The notes under the pieces were generated by a model. The model was given only the letters and a program-made list of their open reading frames with translations, had not been told where the DNA came from and did no database searches. DNA of 63,045 nt, counting the filler, from Collodictyon triciliatum (Eukaryota): assembly GCA_043381765.1 (NCBI GenBank). It is 15 parts of 15 records of this genome, joined end to end, with 100 filler letters (N's around TTAATTAATTAA, not from the genome) between each part and the next. Parts side by side here need not be neighbours in the genome. Positions count along the whole stretch, not along the records: positions 33,869 to 38,101 come from JBHJMP010006343.1; positions 38,202 to 42,437 come from JBHJMP010006344.1; positions 42,538 to 46,772 come from JBHJMP010006345.1; 12 more parts are not named here. One strand, 5' to 3'. Position numbers and translations under genes: made by a program. Positions 35,305 to 46,872 of the stretch are shown here, piece after piece. Positions within the stretch are counted from its first letter, which is position 1. The number at the start of each line of letters is the position of its first letter.

Positions 35305-37126
35305 TTAGGCGGCGGATGACTCGGCGGGGGCGCCTTCTTCAGGGCCGTCGACCTCCTCGATCTCCTCCTCCTCATCGCCCTCGTCGGCGGCAGCAGCGGC
35401 CTTCCCGGCAGAGAGTTTGACTCCGGTCTTCTTTTTGCCTTTCTTTGCGGACTTCTTGACAGGCTTCTTGCCGGTGGGCTTCTTGAGCGAGGAGTTGAGG
35501 ATGGCCTTGAGCTCAGGGTCCGTGATTGAGTACTGGGACTTGACCTCGGGCTGCGGAAGGCCTGTGATGCGCACGGTTCCGGACGATGTCAGAAGCACAG
35601 TGAACTTGAACTGGGCCACCAGCTCACCTACGGAAAGGATTGGTTGTTTTTTGTATTTGCTTTCATTAGGGTGAGATAGTGGAGGCACTGCGTGGTGGAT
35701 TCACATGTCAGTGGAGTTGAGTGTACCTGTCTTCTCGTACATCACCGGATATGGGACAACAAGGTTGTGCGACACAAGCTCGGTAACACCAAGGCGGGCG
35801 CGGGCCTCGCTGTCGAAAGCACTGGATGGTTCCAGAGACAATACCGAAGCAAACATATTGTTGTTGTTATTATTACTCTTAAAACAATATCCCAATTATG
35901 CAATGAGGGAGGGTAGAAAATAGAACATAAATAAGAGAAGGGGCCGAGATATGGATGCTTACCGAAGGGAAAAAGGCATGGTCGGGAAGCGGCTGTTGAT
36001 CTCATTGAAGAGCTGGCGCGCAGACTTGAGCTTCAGAAGGTAAGTTTGGTCGATAACGCGCTTGTAGACAGTGGTACGAGACTCCAGTTCGCGGCCCTGG
36101 GGTATAATAGAAATGCAAAATGAGGCATTAATCAATGGCGTCTCTTGGAAGTATTTCAATTCTGTATACTGGGAAGTCTTGACGAATGCCAAATGACGAT
36201 GTGGGAAGAGCCCAGAGCCGAACTCACCTTGCCTTCACCAGTACTGACGGCAACATCCAGAGCGTAGACCTCGAAGTCCTCGAACGTGCAGGTCTCCACG
36301 CGGGTATCTGGCGTGACCTTGTTCATAATGACCTTCTCGCCGTCAATGATGAAGCGCTTGAGCTGGTACGAGGCCGAGCCTTCAAGAGGCGTGCACTGGA
36401 AGGACGCAGCGGCCTTCTGGACGGCCTGTGGGACGGCGGTGTTGGACTGACCGGAACGCAGCAGGTGCAGCGCGACATCGGCAGCCTGGTAAGCGGCGGC
36501 AATGACGTCAGCAGCACGCCCAGTGACGGGGACGCCAGGGGCGGAAGGAACGACTATCGTGTGCGCAACAACGGCGATGAATCCGTCGATATGGCAGCCG
36601 AGGTCACTGGAATTCCGACGTGTAAAACAGAGTCAGAATAGGGGTCACAAGGCTTCAGACGATCGGGAAGTATCTTGGAGAAGGAAAGACTTACATCTTG
36701 ACGAGATCGCCCGCATTGATGGTGGTGGTATCGATGCTGAGGGGCGAGAAGTGGGCGATGCAGTTGTTGACCGACAGGCAGGTGGGGAAGGCGATGCCCT
36801 TGGGCAGCTTGGCCTTGGAGAAGAGCGGCAACAGAGCCCCTTCGATCTGGTTGTCGCCTGAGCGGCACACATCCACGATCTTCACGCCAGGGACGATCTC
36901 GGTGATCAGCTTGGCCAACACGCCTGGCGATAGAAGGTGGAGGATGTGGAAGCGCGTGAGATTAATCAGACGCAATTGGGGTTGGGGTTTGATCAGCGAG
37001 ACCGATGCGGAAAAGAACAGACGTACGGTTGCAAATGTCGGCGGCAGACTTGTACTTTGTCACCACGTCTGGATTGCGAAGATCCAGGTCTTCTTCGTTG
37101 GCATCCTCGTCAGGAAGGCGGGACAT
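35305..37126 (-). CDS. PA2G4: Proliferation-associated protein 2G4 / EBP1 (M24 pita-bread fold), 6 exons, complete
   Basis: DVVTKYKSAADICN, KGIAFPTCLSVNNCIAHFSPL, DLGCHIDGFIAVVAHT, EVYALDVAVSTGEGK, RTTVYKR, VAQFKFTVLL, and a K-rich then acidic tail. Confidence 0.96.
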
Positions 37127-38377
37127 GTTGCTCGCGAATCTGAGGTCAGAGTTTTTGAGTATGAGTTGCTTCTGTGTGGTCTGTTATGGTGTGCTGGGGC
37201 GATTCGTTCGAGCACAGCCATGAAGAGGCGAGTGATGTCGCTGTGGCTGGTTTTAGTTTGGCCCAGGATGTGTCTTGTCGTCAGAAATGGTGAAGTTGCC
37301 CGCGGCGTTTCGATCGAGGTGGTGTTGATTCCTTTCACGAGTTTTTCACGTATTCCAGCGAGGTCAACCCCCTTAACACCTGGTTACTTTAGAGAAAACG
37401 GTATCGGTGTCGCGCTCGTAGGAAGAAATTATTGATCTGAAATCTGGGACAGTATAATTTCACCCGTAAAATTCCCCGACAAGAGTAATGATGCCAAAAT
37501 TGCTCAGAGACCACAGACATAATGCGGAATTTATAACTATTTAAAAACACATAGCTTCATACTTGGTGCTATAAGTATATATAATCCAAAAGTATATCAA
37601 GCTATATAAATTAATATTCTTGATATAAAAAAAGAACTACTTGCGACTAGTACATCAGATACAGAGACGAACTGACATTTCGCGCAAACCTGCCGCAGAG
37701 CGCCACCCTATTCCTCCAATACAGTGGGAAATGAATCCATTGGTAGGCCGCAACCTTGCTAGTAAGAACAATATAAAAATATAGATAATTGTATAATATT
37801 ATCAATATTTAGAAAATTGGTCGTCAAACAGAAAATATATGCTGATATTGATATAAATTCCATTTATATTATAACTCCACATTCGGTCCAAAAGTCGGAG
37901 TTTGTTCAATCTCTGTGTGTTGAGGTGCTACTTATTCGCTGGCTTCCAAACAGGAAAGCTAAAGCAGCGGAAGGATTAAGGCTCGAGACCTGAGAATCAT
38001 AAGGAAAAGAAGAAAAGAAGAAAAGAAGAAAAGAAGAAAAGAAGAAAAGAAGAAAAGAAGAAAAGAAGAAAAGAAGAAAAGAAGAAAAGAAGAAAAGAAG
38101 ANNNNNNNNNNNNNNNNNNNNNNNNNNNNNNNNNNNNNNNNNNNNTTAATTAATTAANNNNNNNNNNNNNNNNNNNNNNNNNNNNNNNNNNNNNNNNNNN
38201 NTTGGTTTCTTTGGTTTCTTTGGTTTCTTTGGTTTCTTTGGTTTCTTTGGTTTCTTTGGTTTCTTTGGTTTCTTTGGTTTCTTTGGTTTCTTTGGTTTCT
38301 TTGGTTTGAATTTTGGGCAAAAATGCAAATAATAGTAAACTTTTATATTCTTTCCTCTGTCATTAATGTGACATACC

Positions 38378-39393
38378 ATATTTCGACACAGTGGAGTTCA
38401 TGAAAAGAGAGGGCACTCTAACTAGAACTCTGGCCCTTCGTAATTCATGTTGCGATTTCCATTAAAATGTTTGCATAGTCGCGTGTAAACAAGTCAGGCA
38501 ATTTGCTTTATGTGTAAATATCCAATAAAGAATAATTACTTCCTTATCCAACGATTCCGAAGTATCGAATCCATCATAGAATTGAATGTACTTTGGTTGA
38601 AGGCAACGACTACGAGCCCCTGAATGACATGAAGTTAGAAAAGCGAAATAGGATATAGTTAGTATTCCGATAAATACATGCTTCCATTCGAAGCCTTTCT
38701 TATGTATATAAAGGTATTGTTGTGTGAAAAAAATAAATTGAGTGTGCTTTTTAACAGCTGAATAATGGGAAAAAACTTTTTTTCGGATTGAAATTTGTAT
38801 GAGAAAAATCTGAATAGCGATACTGATTAGATTACAGAAAAATTAAATAAAAGCATCAGGAGTAGGTTTAGACCTTCATATTAATTGGCCAAAGTGCCTT
38901 CCGTTTATAAATAAAAAAATGGTTTATAGAAAGACATAAACGTGTATGCCGCTTGTTCAGCGGTGATATTTCGAACCTGTGAGTCTTTTCCAACTTGTTG
39001 GACAAAATGGATATGCGTTCGATCCCTTCGCACAGGGTCCTTCATTTGGGCCCAGGCCTCACGAATCCGCTTTTCTAAAGAGTCTGGGGCAAAGGGATCG
39101 TAGCTGCGGATAGAGACAGAGGAGGATGCGGGCGTCTCGGTATGTCCTCGAGTTTGCATCTGGGTTTGAGCTTGCAGATCCACAGACCCGGCAGCAGCTG
39201 ACGAGGAGATCGTTCCAGTGTGGCCAGTGTGGGCCAGACCAGGGGGCTTGTTCAGGACGCAGAAAGAGTCTCGGATGTAGTTGTATATCGGCTGAAGCAC
39301 AGGTGCAGTTTCTGGGATCTTTGGCAGTGGTCGCTGAGCTTTTCGCCACTTTTTTGTGTAAAGCAGAACTCGGGTGGCTGGGCTCTGGCTCAT
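38378..39393 (-). CDS. RluA-family pseudouridine synthase-like protein (RPUSD-type), 5' part; catalytic HRLD replaced by QQVG
   Basis: Motif I FCVLNKPPGL. Motif II HFVQQVGKDSQ/GLVVVA spans intron 38620-38976. The start codon is uncertain and the gene runs off the contig. Confidence 0.7.
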
Positions 39394-40651
39394 CCTCTCT
39401 TGTATTTTATTATCAATTCGTTGATTCAATATCAACAAACAGGGTGAAGCATATCTATGATATTAGAGGGCTTGCTTCATAGAGCCTGCCGGGTTACTTG
39501 GAGGACGACAATTCGAAATGTCTTGGCGCAACAACAGGTTGAAAGGAAAACGAAAAAGGTTGCGGTATTGTGGCCACAGAAAGACACAGGTGAAAACAAA
39601 TCTTGGTTTCCCGCACATAAATATCGCTTGAATCGAATAATACGGAAACTTGGATAAATAGATAACGTAGAGCTCTGGGAGAGAAAGAAAAATAAGTTGT
39701 GTGTGCTAGGAATAAGAATGGTCCACAAACTATGTGTGGAAGAATAAGAGGCGTACTGATACGATGAGATCGCTAGCTGTCAATACATATCTATCTTTCC
39801 TGCCTTTATCCCCTCTTTTTCTCTTTTTCTCTTTTTCTCTTTTTCTCTTTTTCTCTTTTTCTCTTTTTCTCTTTTTCTCTTTTTCTCTTTTTCTCTTTTT
39901 CTCTTTTTCTCTTTTTGGCTATTGGTTTTTGATCCCTCTTGCTGCGTCGAAAAGCCTGAAGAAAAAGATGGCAAAGAGACTCGACGCCGCTCTGTCCTAA
40001 CCCTAATATGGAATTTATAATAATTAAATATATTTATATGGAATTTGAGACAAAAATTTCATCAAGATGTCAAAACTATGGCCATTTAGAATTATATGCA
40101 AGTCAAAAGCATCTGCTTGCTGAATTATGTTGAATTGGGTTAGTCGACAAATTGTTATTCATACAATAGACAATTTCAACAATTTGGATAAAGATGACCA
40201 CAATTATTTTTAATTGAAAAAGCACAAATATAATCATTTAGTGTCTCCTTGTTTGCTTGGTGGTGGGAGTGGGGACAGAAAGGCCAGCCCAAAATTCAGC
40301 AAATTTGTATAAATTTAGATATGCAGTAATGTAAGTTTGCGGTGGGCTTCCTCTTTGTTTTTCAGATTCATGTGCCCGGGGATTCCTTCCGGCCGAACCC
40401 ACTAAATCCTCTCCGAACTTGCACACAACAGCCGCCCGCCCGCCGCCCCTGCCGCCGCCCGCCTTCACCGTGAGTAGACAAGGGTTGCACATGACCGCGT
40501 TGCATATGAGCGCGCTGCAAGGGGAATCCCTGCAGTGCGCAGCAGAGGAAAGGGGCAGAGAGAGGCGCGAGAGACGGGGAGTGCTGCGACTGCGCAGGGC
40601 GAACCACTGCAACTAACCCCGAGGCCGTCCCTTCACCCCGCAGACCGCACC

Positions 40652-41179
40652 ATGTCGTCGTCTCTCATCTGGGAACTCGTCCGCAACCACAACAGCTACC
40701 TGGTGAAGCGCAAGGGCCTGCGCCTCAGCTCCGAGCCGTTCAACCTGCTGCAGACACACACGCCAAAGTACTCTGGACTGGCCAACTTCAAGGGCGTGGA
40801 CGTGCAGCCCGCCAAGCGCGTAGCCGCGATCAGGATCCGCAAGGCCAAATACGACGCGCCGCTGGCCTCGTCCCGCAAGACCCGCACCGTCCTGCGCAAG
40901 GGCTTCAAGCGGTACGCCTGCCCGCCCCTCTGACGCCCCGCGTGCGCGACTAACGCCCCCTCTTCTCTCCTTCTCCTTCTCCTTCTCCTTCTCCTTCTCC
41001 TTCTCCCTCCGCGTTGCAATAGCTCCGCACATGTCGTTGTTGGCCTCACCAAGGTTGTCCGCCCCTCCCTGAAGCGCGCCGCCCTCGCCCGCCTCAGCAA
41101 GGTCCACAAGATCAAGACCACGTCCGAGAAGACCATCAAGAAGCGCATTGCCCGCCAGACCCGCAACTACCGCAAGTAA
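40652..41179 (+). CDS. RPL28: 60S ribosomal protein eL28, 2 coding exons plus a probable 5'UTR intron (about 40469-40643)
   Basis: MSSSLIWELVRNHNSYLVKR...SSEPFNL...KYSGLAN...RPSLKRAALARLS. TAA at 41177-41179. Confidence 0.96.
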
Positions 41180-41303
41180 GCGCAGCCGTTGCACCGTAAT
41201 AAATGAGCACAGCACAGCACAAAGCGGACGAGTGGGGCGCGGGTCTCTTTTCCCTTTTTTTTTTATACAGGGCGCAGACTCGGACAGGGAGGAGGCGGCC
41301 CGC

Positions 41304-42283
41304 TCAGTGTGTCCAGCGGCGGTCGGCGTTTGCGTGGAACGACCTGCGGGCGTCCTGGCTGGGGCGGTAGCGGCCGGGGCCGGGGACGCCGTTGTCTGCG
41401 TGCTGGTCGCTGGCCAGGCGCGGGGCGGCCGAGACAAAGACGCTGTGGCTGCCGCCTTTGCCGGGTGCGTCCCACTGCAGGGGCGTGAGAATCAGCAGAG
41501 GGGCGTGAGAATCAGCAGAGGGGAGTGAGAATCAGCAGAGGGGAGTGAGAATCAGCAGAGGGGCGTGAGAATCAGCAGAGGGGCGTGAGAATCAGCAGAG
41601 GGGCATGAGAATCAGCAGAGGGGCGTGAGAATCAGCAGAGGGGCGTGAGAATCAGCAGAGGGGAGTGAGAATCAGCAGAGGGGAGTGAGAATCAGCAGAG
41701 GGGAGTGAGAATCAGCAGAGGGGCGTGAGAATCAGCAGAGGGGCGTGAGAATCAGCAGAGGGGACGCGTACGGTGTCGCGGTGCTGGTACTGCCCCGGCC
41801 CCGGAGCCTCGTGCTTGTGCATTCTGCCCTCAGAGCGGCTCAGCATGGCGCCCTTCTTGAGCCTTTGCGGGTGAGGTGTGAGGTGTGAGTGTGGGTGTGA
41901 GAAGCGGATGGGGGTGTCTGCCGCCTGTGCGGGCTGGGCAGAGACCTACTTCGAATACGGGTTCGTCACGGCAATGGCGGGGGCCTAATGGCAGGGCGTC
42001 AGAATACACAGCAGCCGTGCACACATGCGGTCATGGCAGATGGCAGATGGCGATGGGATCGGCACATACGTTCTCCGAGTGGGCGTCGCTCTCGTACGTC
42101 CCTGGGCCCGGCACCTCCTTGTTTCTCGGCTCCCTGCGCCACGCGCAAATCAATGGCAGATAAAATCGTGACACGGCATGCAAACATATTCGGGGGTCTC
42201 GAACGGGGCAAATGTGAAACAAAGCTGACAGTGATGCGCTGCGGTTCGTCCGGGACTGGAAGACTGAGCTGTGCGGGTTCGTC
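41304..42283 (-). CDS. Sperm-tail PG-rich (SHIPPO/STPG) repeat protein, 3' exons
   Basis: Three PGPGxY motifs in separate exons (VPGPGTY, APGPGQY, VPGPGRY), FxS..R motifs, and terminal SFHANADRRWTH*. Confidence 0.8.
41481..41760. repeat. 20-bp minisatellite GGG(C/A)GTGAGAATCAGCAGAG x14, filling the last intron of the STPG-like gene
   Basis: 14 consecutive units between the donor GTACGC (about 41771) and the acceptor CTGCAG (41475-41480) on the minus strand. Confidence 0.97.
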
Positions 42284-43056
42284 CTACAGGCGACCCAAGA
42301 TGCGCAGTCACAACCAGTGTGTGGTAGGTGAAGAAAACAGGCAAACAAACAAACAAACAAACAAACAAACAAACAAACAAACAAACAAACAAACAAACAA
42401 ACAAACAAACAAACAAACAAACAAACAAACAAACAAANNNNNNNNNNNNNNNNNNNNNNNNNNNNNNNNNNNNNNNNNNNNTTAATTAATTAANNNNNNN
42501 NNNNNNNNNNNNNNNNNNNNNNNNNNNNNNNNNNNNNTTTCCAAAAAAAAAAAAAAGACAAACACGCATGGCTAAAATATACTCCCTCCTAAGACCCTGC
42601 ACATTCACTGCTCTTAAAACACAATCGCTTCGCGTGTAGGTGGCGAAGGTCATCAGAGAACGAAAGGCATCATCCATGGGGAACTAAGTGCGTTACAGGG
42701 CTCCTGGTTCAAGATTAAAAACCTTTGGCAAAAAAGGAATAAAAAGCTGCGAGATGGAAACAATCGACACATAGGTCGAGGGAAACAAGACAACTTCATC
42801 TGTTTCCATCACCACATAGTCAGCATCGCCCTACACCAACTCTGCCTCATCCAATATTAACCCTGTTCGCACCCACACGATTGCCATTGCGAAGATACTT
42901 TCATTATTATTGCTATTATTATCCCTTGATTTTTTGAATTGTTTTTTTTTCTCCTTCTTTTCTATCAGCTTATCAATGTGCTATTTAATGGGTGCGCACC
43001 GCTCCGTCCAGAGCCATTTTACGGTGTTGCCTTGGGCAAACTGGGCTGCTTTCTCC

Positions 43057-44842
43057 TTAGAAGGGCTCGGAAAGAACCTTCTCCAAACGATTGATGCGGG
43101 CACGGACGCTCAAGTCCACAAAGATGTCGTCGGTGCTGACCGTGAATCCGCCGATGAGCTCGGAGTCGATCTGGTGGGGTTCGGCGATGAGCGTTGTGAT
43201 TGTGGCTGTGATTTGATGCATATCTACTGTATTATGAGGGCGGGTATGTGTAGCGCTATCCCAGTCAGGCATGTTCTTCAATGTGAGAGGTGCGGTGCAG
43301 CAAAAGGGTGAACAGGCATCGCCTCCATTATCAGCGTTCTTTTTCTCGATTTGATACCTTGGTGTTGATGGAGATCTTTTGCTTTCCGGCGAACAAGCCC
43401 TTCAGCAGAGAGGCCTCCAGTTCCTTGAGTTGCTCGGGGGCAAGGTCCTGCGTAGGTAGGCGATGCAAGGCATGAGTGAGTTAGACGGGGTCACATGCCC
43501 GATGAACAAAGCCATAGCAGGAGCACCATCTGCGCACGCATGTTATTCCTGGCCGTTTCACAAATGGAGATGATAGCTATTTGTGCATGGAAAAACGATG
43601 TGTATGCAGGCGGAGTTTACCCAGGCAGACGTGACAGTGACGACAGTTTCGGCACGGGAGCCAGCGATGATCTTCTTAAAGTTGGAGATGATCTCCTGAG
43701 CATCGTTGAGGCGGCCATTGTCGCATACAACACCTGGCAACAGGACGGCAAGATTAAACCAATGTATACAATATGTTACTAGACAGTCGCATGCTGCTGA
43801 TAGAAGAGAGAATGAGAGTGAGTGTGTGTGTGAGGAGAAAAAGCAACTGTAACATATATATATCGATTAATTGATACTATGGCAATTCTGCCGATTAGGC
43901 TATCGCGTTGGTCACAAACACCATACCAAAGAAGTTGCGGGTCAACGGGTTGACTTTGACTTTATCGAGGATGGCAAGAAGGGGGTCGCGCTTCTTCTCG
44001 CTGTCATAGTAGGGGTTGATAAGGAAGTTGGCGAATGTCTTGTTCTCTTGCTGGAGTGCGATGACAGCGTCCAGATCCTTGTCCACCTATGCAGGAGAGG
44101 ATGAAGAAGAAGAAGAAGAAGAAGAAGAAGAAGGAGAAAAGAAAAAAAAGGAAGGGAGAAGGAGAGAAACGAAAATATCAAAGGCAATCAAACAGAATAA
44201 GAAGTGAAATAAAAGTCAAGCCAAAAAAAAAGAGGCGGAATAGTCAATTACAGTGGCGACGAGATTCTTCTTGCGAGCAGCGTTGTAGAAAGCCAGGGCG
44301 TAGCGACCAGACGCACCGGGAAGGGACACAGTCGGGGCTCCAAACTATGACAAGAAAGGCGAGGTATGATTTAAACACGACTCTTCAACAAAACACTCGC
44401 TGTTCTCTTGGCCAAGTAGAGAGACGGGTGCTCCTTCCAAGAGGGCTTGCAACAAGTGAGCAAAAAAACTGTTGGCTAGGCTAGTCGCCTTTGTCTTGAG
44501 GAGTGTAAGATCGGTTGCGGAAAGGGCAAGGCAGGGCGGTAGAAGTCAGATTATTACACTTTCAACAGCAGCCTTTGTGGTCTTGGCCTTGGCTTCGGTG
44601 GCCAAAGCGCGCTGTGGAACAGTAAGGGTCGGGTGAGTTATGAGCGATTCATTCGTTAGCTACTGCCGCGGCAGCAGGAAAAACTATCAGAATGGTATGT
44701 ATATAGAAAAGAAATAAACACACCAACGCTGAGAAGAGGCTGATTTCCCACGGTAAACAAAAATGTGAACATAGAAATATAATATAATAATAAGAACCAT
44801 AGCAACAGAGGTACGGACGGGGGCGGCAACAGAAGACAGCAT
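43057..44842 (-). CDS. ATP5PO: Mitochondrial ATP synthase OSCP (subunit O)
   Basis: Transit peptide in small exons, then GASGRYALAFYNAA, FANFLINP, LTRNFFG/VVCDNGRL, VTVTSA, IDSELIGGFTV...FVDLSVRARI. TAA at 43057. Confidence 0.95.
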
Positions 44843-45857
44843 TCTTTCTATTGGGCGTTTGCTTCTACATCAAGGAGGTACAAAAAGAGGTGATAACCAC
44901 GTCAAACTTATGAGTTGTATAGAAAGGCTGGGACGACATAGTTTCTTTTGTTTTAGTTGTCTTTTGCTTTGGACTTTTCGTTTGTTTTTTGTTTTTTGAT
45001 GGAATATATTTTTTGTTTCATTTTGTTTTATGGTTTGTTTTTTGGATTTCGTTTACTAAATGTTTCAAGAACTAGCATTACAGTAGAATAATTTTTTTCC
45101 ACCAATTCTGCTTCACTTCAACTCTACAGGTATCGGGCAGTCTGTGGAAAGTAGCTCCACCACGTCCAATCCACTCCCTGTTTTTTCTCCATTTTCCTAT
45201 TTTTTGTCCTATTTTCTCGGGATTTTGGGTGGGATTTTCTGGTCTATTATTTTTTGTTATTTTTTTGTTGGATCTTCTTTGGCCAGAGGCACTGAGAAGA
45301 TTCATGGAAATAGCACATATTCAACTTTCGAATTTTACCCAAATTTGACTGTTTTTAAAGAAGCTCAATTAAGCAGAATATACAGTGATTTAAGTAAAAT
45401 TAATCACAGATGGTATATGATTCGTACGGCACTATTGTGGTCAACAACAGTTAAATGATGACATAAATGAAAACCAAATATGCTGATATGACATCGTCCA
45501 CTTCTGGAAAAGGGCTGAAGCCTGTCTCACTGGGCTGGTTCATCGACTCTCCAACCAACAGCTCCTTAAATCACGTCTGGCGCACACCCTCTTCGGCCCA
45601 CCTGGGGAGCCGAATCCAGAGTATTACCGTGCATAACTTGAGGTTGGCTCGCCCCTTTTTCTCTTTAGACATTACTTGTGTTGGACTTGCACCAAGAGCG
45701 ACTTTATTTGCCAAGACCGCATGCTTTTATCACCTCCCTAATGTGCTGAAGAAGGCCGCTTGTTTGTGATGTGGTCGTAGCCATGAGTCGATGGCATCGG
45801 CAGAGCGCGCAGAATGGTTCGAGAGGCGCTGCGACTTCAACGGGAGATAGCAGTTGA

Positions 45858-46073
45858 CTAATCCTTCTTGTATCCTGGGTCGGGGCCTATGTCTCGCGAG
45901 CCCGAGTTGAGATACTGTCCACGTATCTGCGCTTGGCGTGGAAGTGGGCTGTCCGAGTCTGATAGGCGATTGTCAGGGTTGTAGACGAGGTAGAAGGGAT
46001 ACAGGAAGCCTGTTGTACCAAAGGCCGCAAGAAGGCCGAAAACAACGCGGTTGCGGGTTTGCAGAGACAACAT
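45858..46073 (-). CDS. 71-aa single-pass membrane protein of unknown function
   Basis: A hydrophobic segment followed by PLPRQAQIRGQYLNSGSRDIGPD, which I recall as a motif conserved in small plant/algal proteins (RGxYxNxGSRDxGPD). Confidence 0.75.
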   Translation of the reverse strand: MLSLQTRNRVVFGLLAAFGTTGFLYPFYLVYNPDNRLSDSDSPLPRQAQIRGQYLNSGSRDIGPDPGYKKD

Positions 46074-46872
46074 CTACTCGTGCGGGGGATTTGCGTCCTT
46101 TGCTTCAGAAAGAGGCAGTGCGTGGAGAGCCCTATGGCAATGTGCGTAAGTTCTGGTGGGTGGGGTTGCAAGAATCCTCGAGGCTCGAGAGAAGGAAGAG
46201 ATGGATTTCATTGGCAGAGAAGCTCGCTCGACTGATCATTCGAGAAGCGACTGCTGTTTCTGAACGCGGATTGGGGGCTGTGATCAAACTAAAAAGCATG
46301 TGTGGTATGGATATTGGCGAGTGGGAATGTCGTCACAGGGTTTGTGTGGCGATCTTATGTTCTGAGGCTGAAGGAAGGGACGTCCTGGGTCAGTCTGTGC
46401 GTTGCTCGACGAGCTTTATGCTTGAACTCGTGGCAAACGTGCCGCGACCTTAGCGAACCCTAGCTTGTAGTTTGCTCTCCCTGTTGAGGTGCTTTTTTTC
46501 TTAAAAAAAAAATTACCCTCACCTCTGTATTTTCCTCAATCAATTCTTTATTATCTTTTCTATCTTTTTTCTTTTTTCTCGTTTTTTTCACCTTTTTTCT
46601 CTTTTTTTCTCTTTTTTTCTCTTTTTTTCACCTTTTTTCTCTTTTTTTCTCTTTTTTTCTCTTTTTTCTCTTTTTTTCTCTTTTTTTCTCTTTTTTTCTC
46701 TTTTTTCTCTTTTTTTCTCTTTTTTTCTCTTTTTTTCTCTTTTTTTCTCTTTTTTTCTCTTTTTTTCTCTTTNNNNNNNNNNNNNNNNNNNNNNNNNNNN
46801 NNNNNNNNNNNNNNNNTTAATTAATTAANNNNNNNNNNNNNNNNNNNNNNNNNNNNNNNNNNNNNNNNNNNN

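Noticed and set aside
36698-37435. Long plus-strand ORFs over PA2G4, and the minus-strand ORF 40613-41437 over RPL28
   Set aside because: Antisense shadows of GC3-rich coding exons.
39994-40006. CCTAACCCTAA telomere-like word upstream of RPL28
   Set aside because: Under two units; indistinguishable from chance.
41481-41760. 20-bp array as CRISPR or iteron
   Set aside because: No spacers, and it sits inside a spliceosomal intron.
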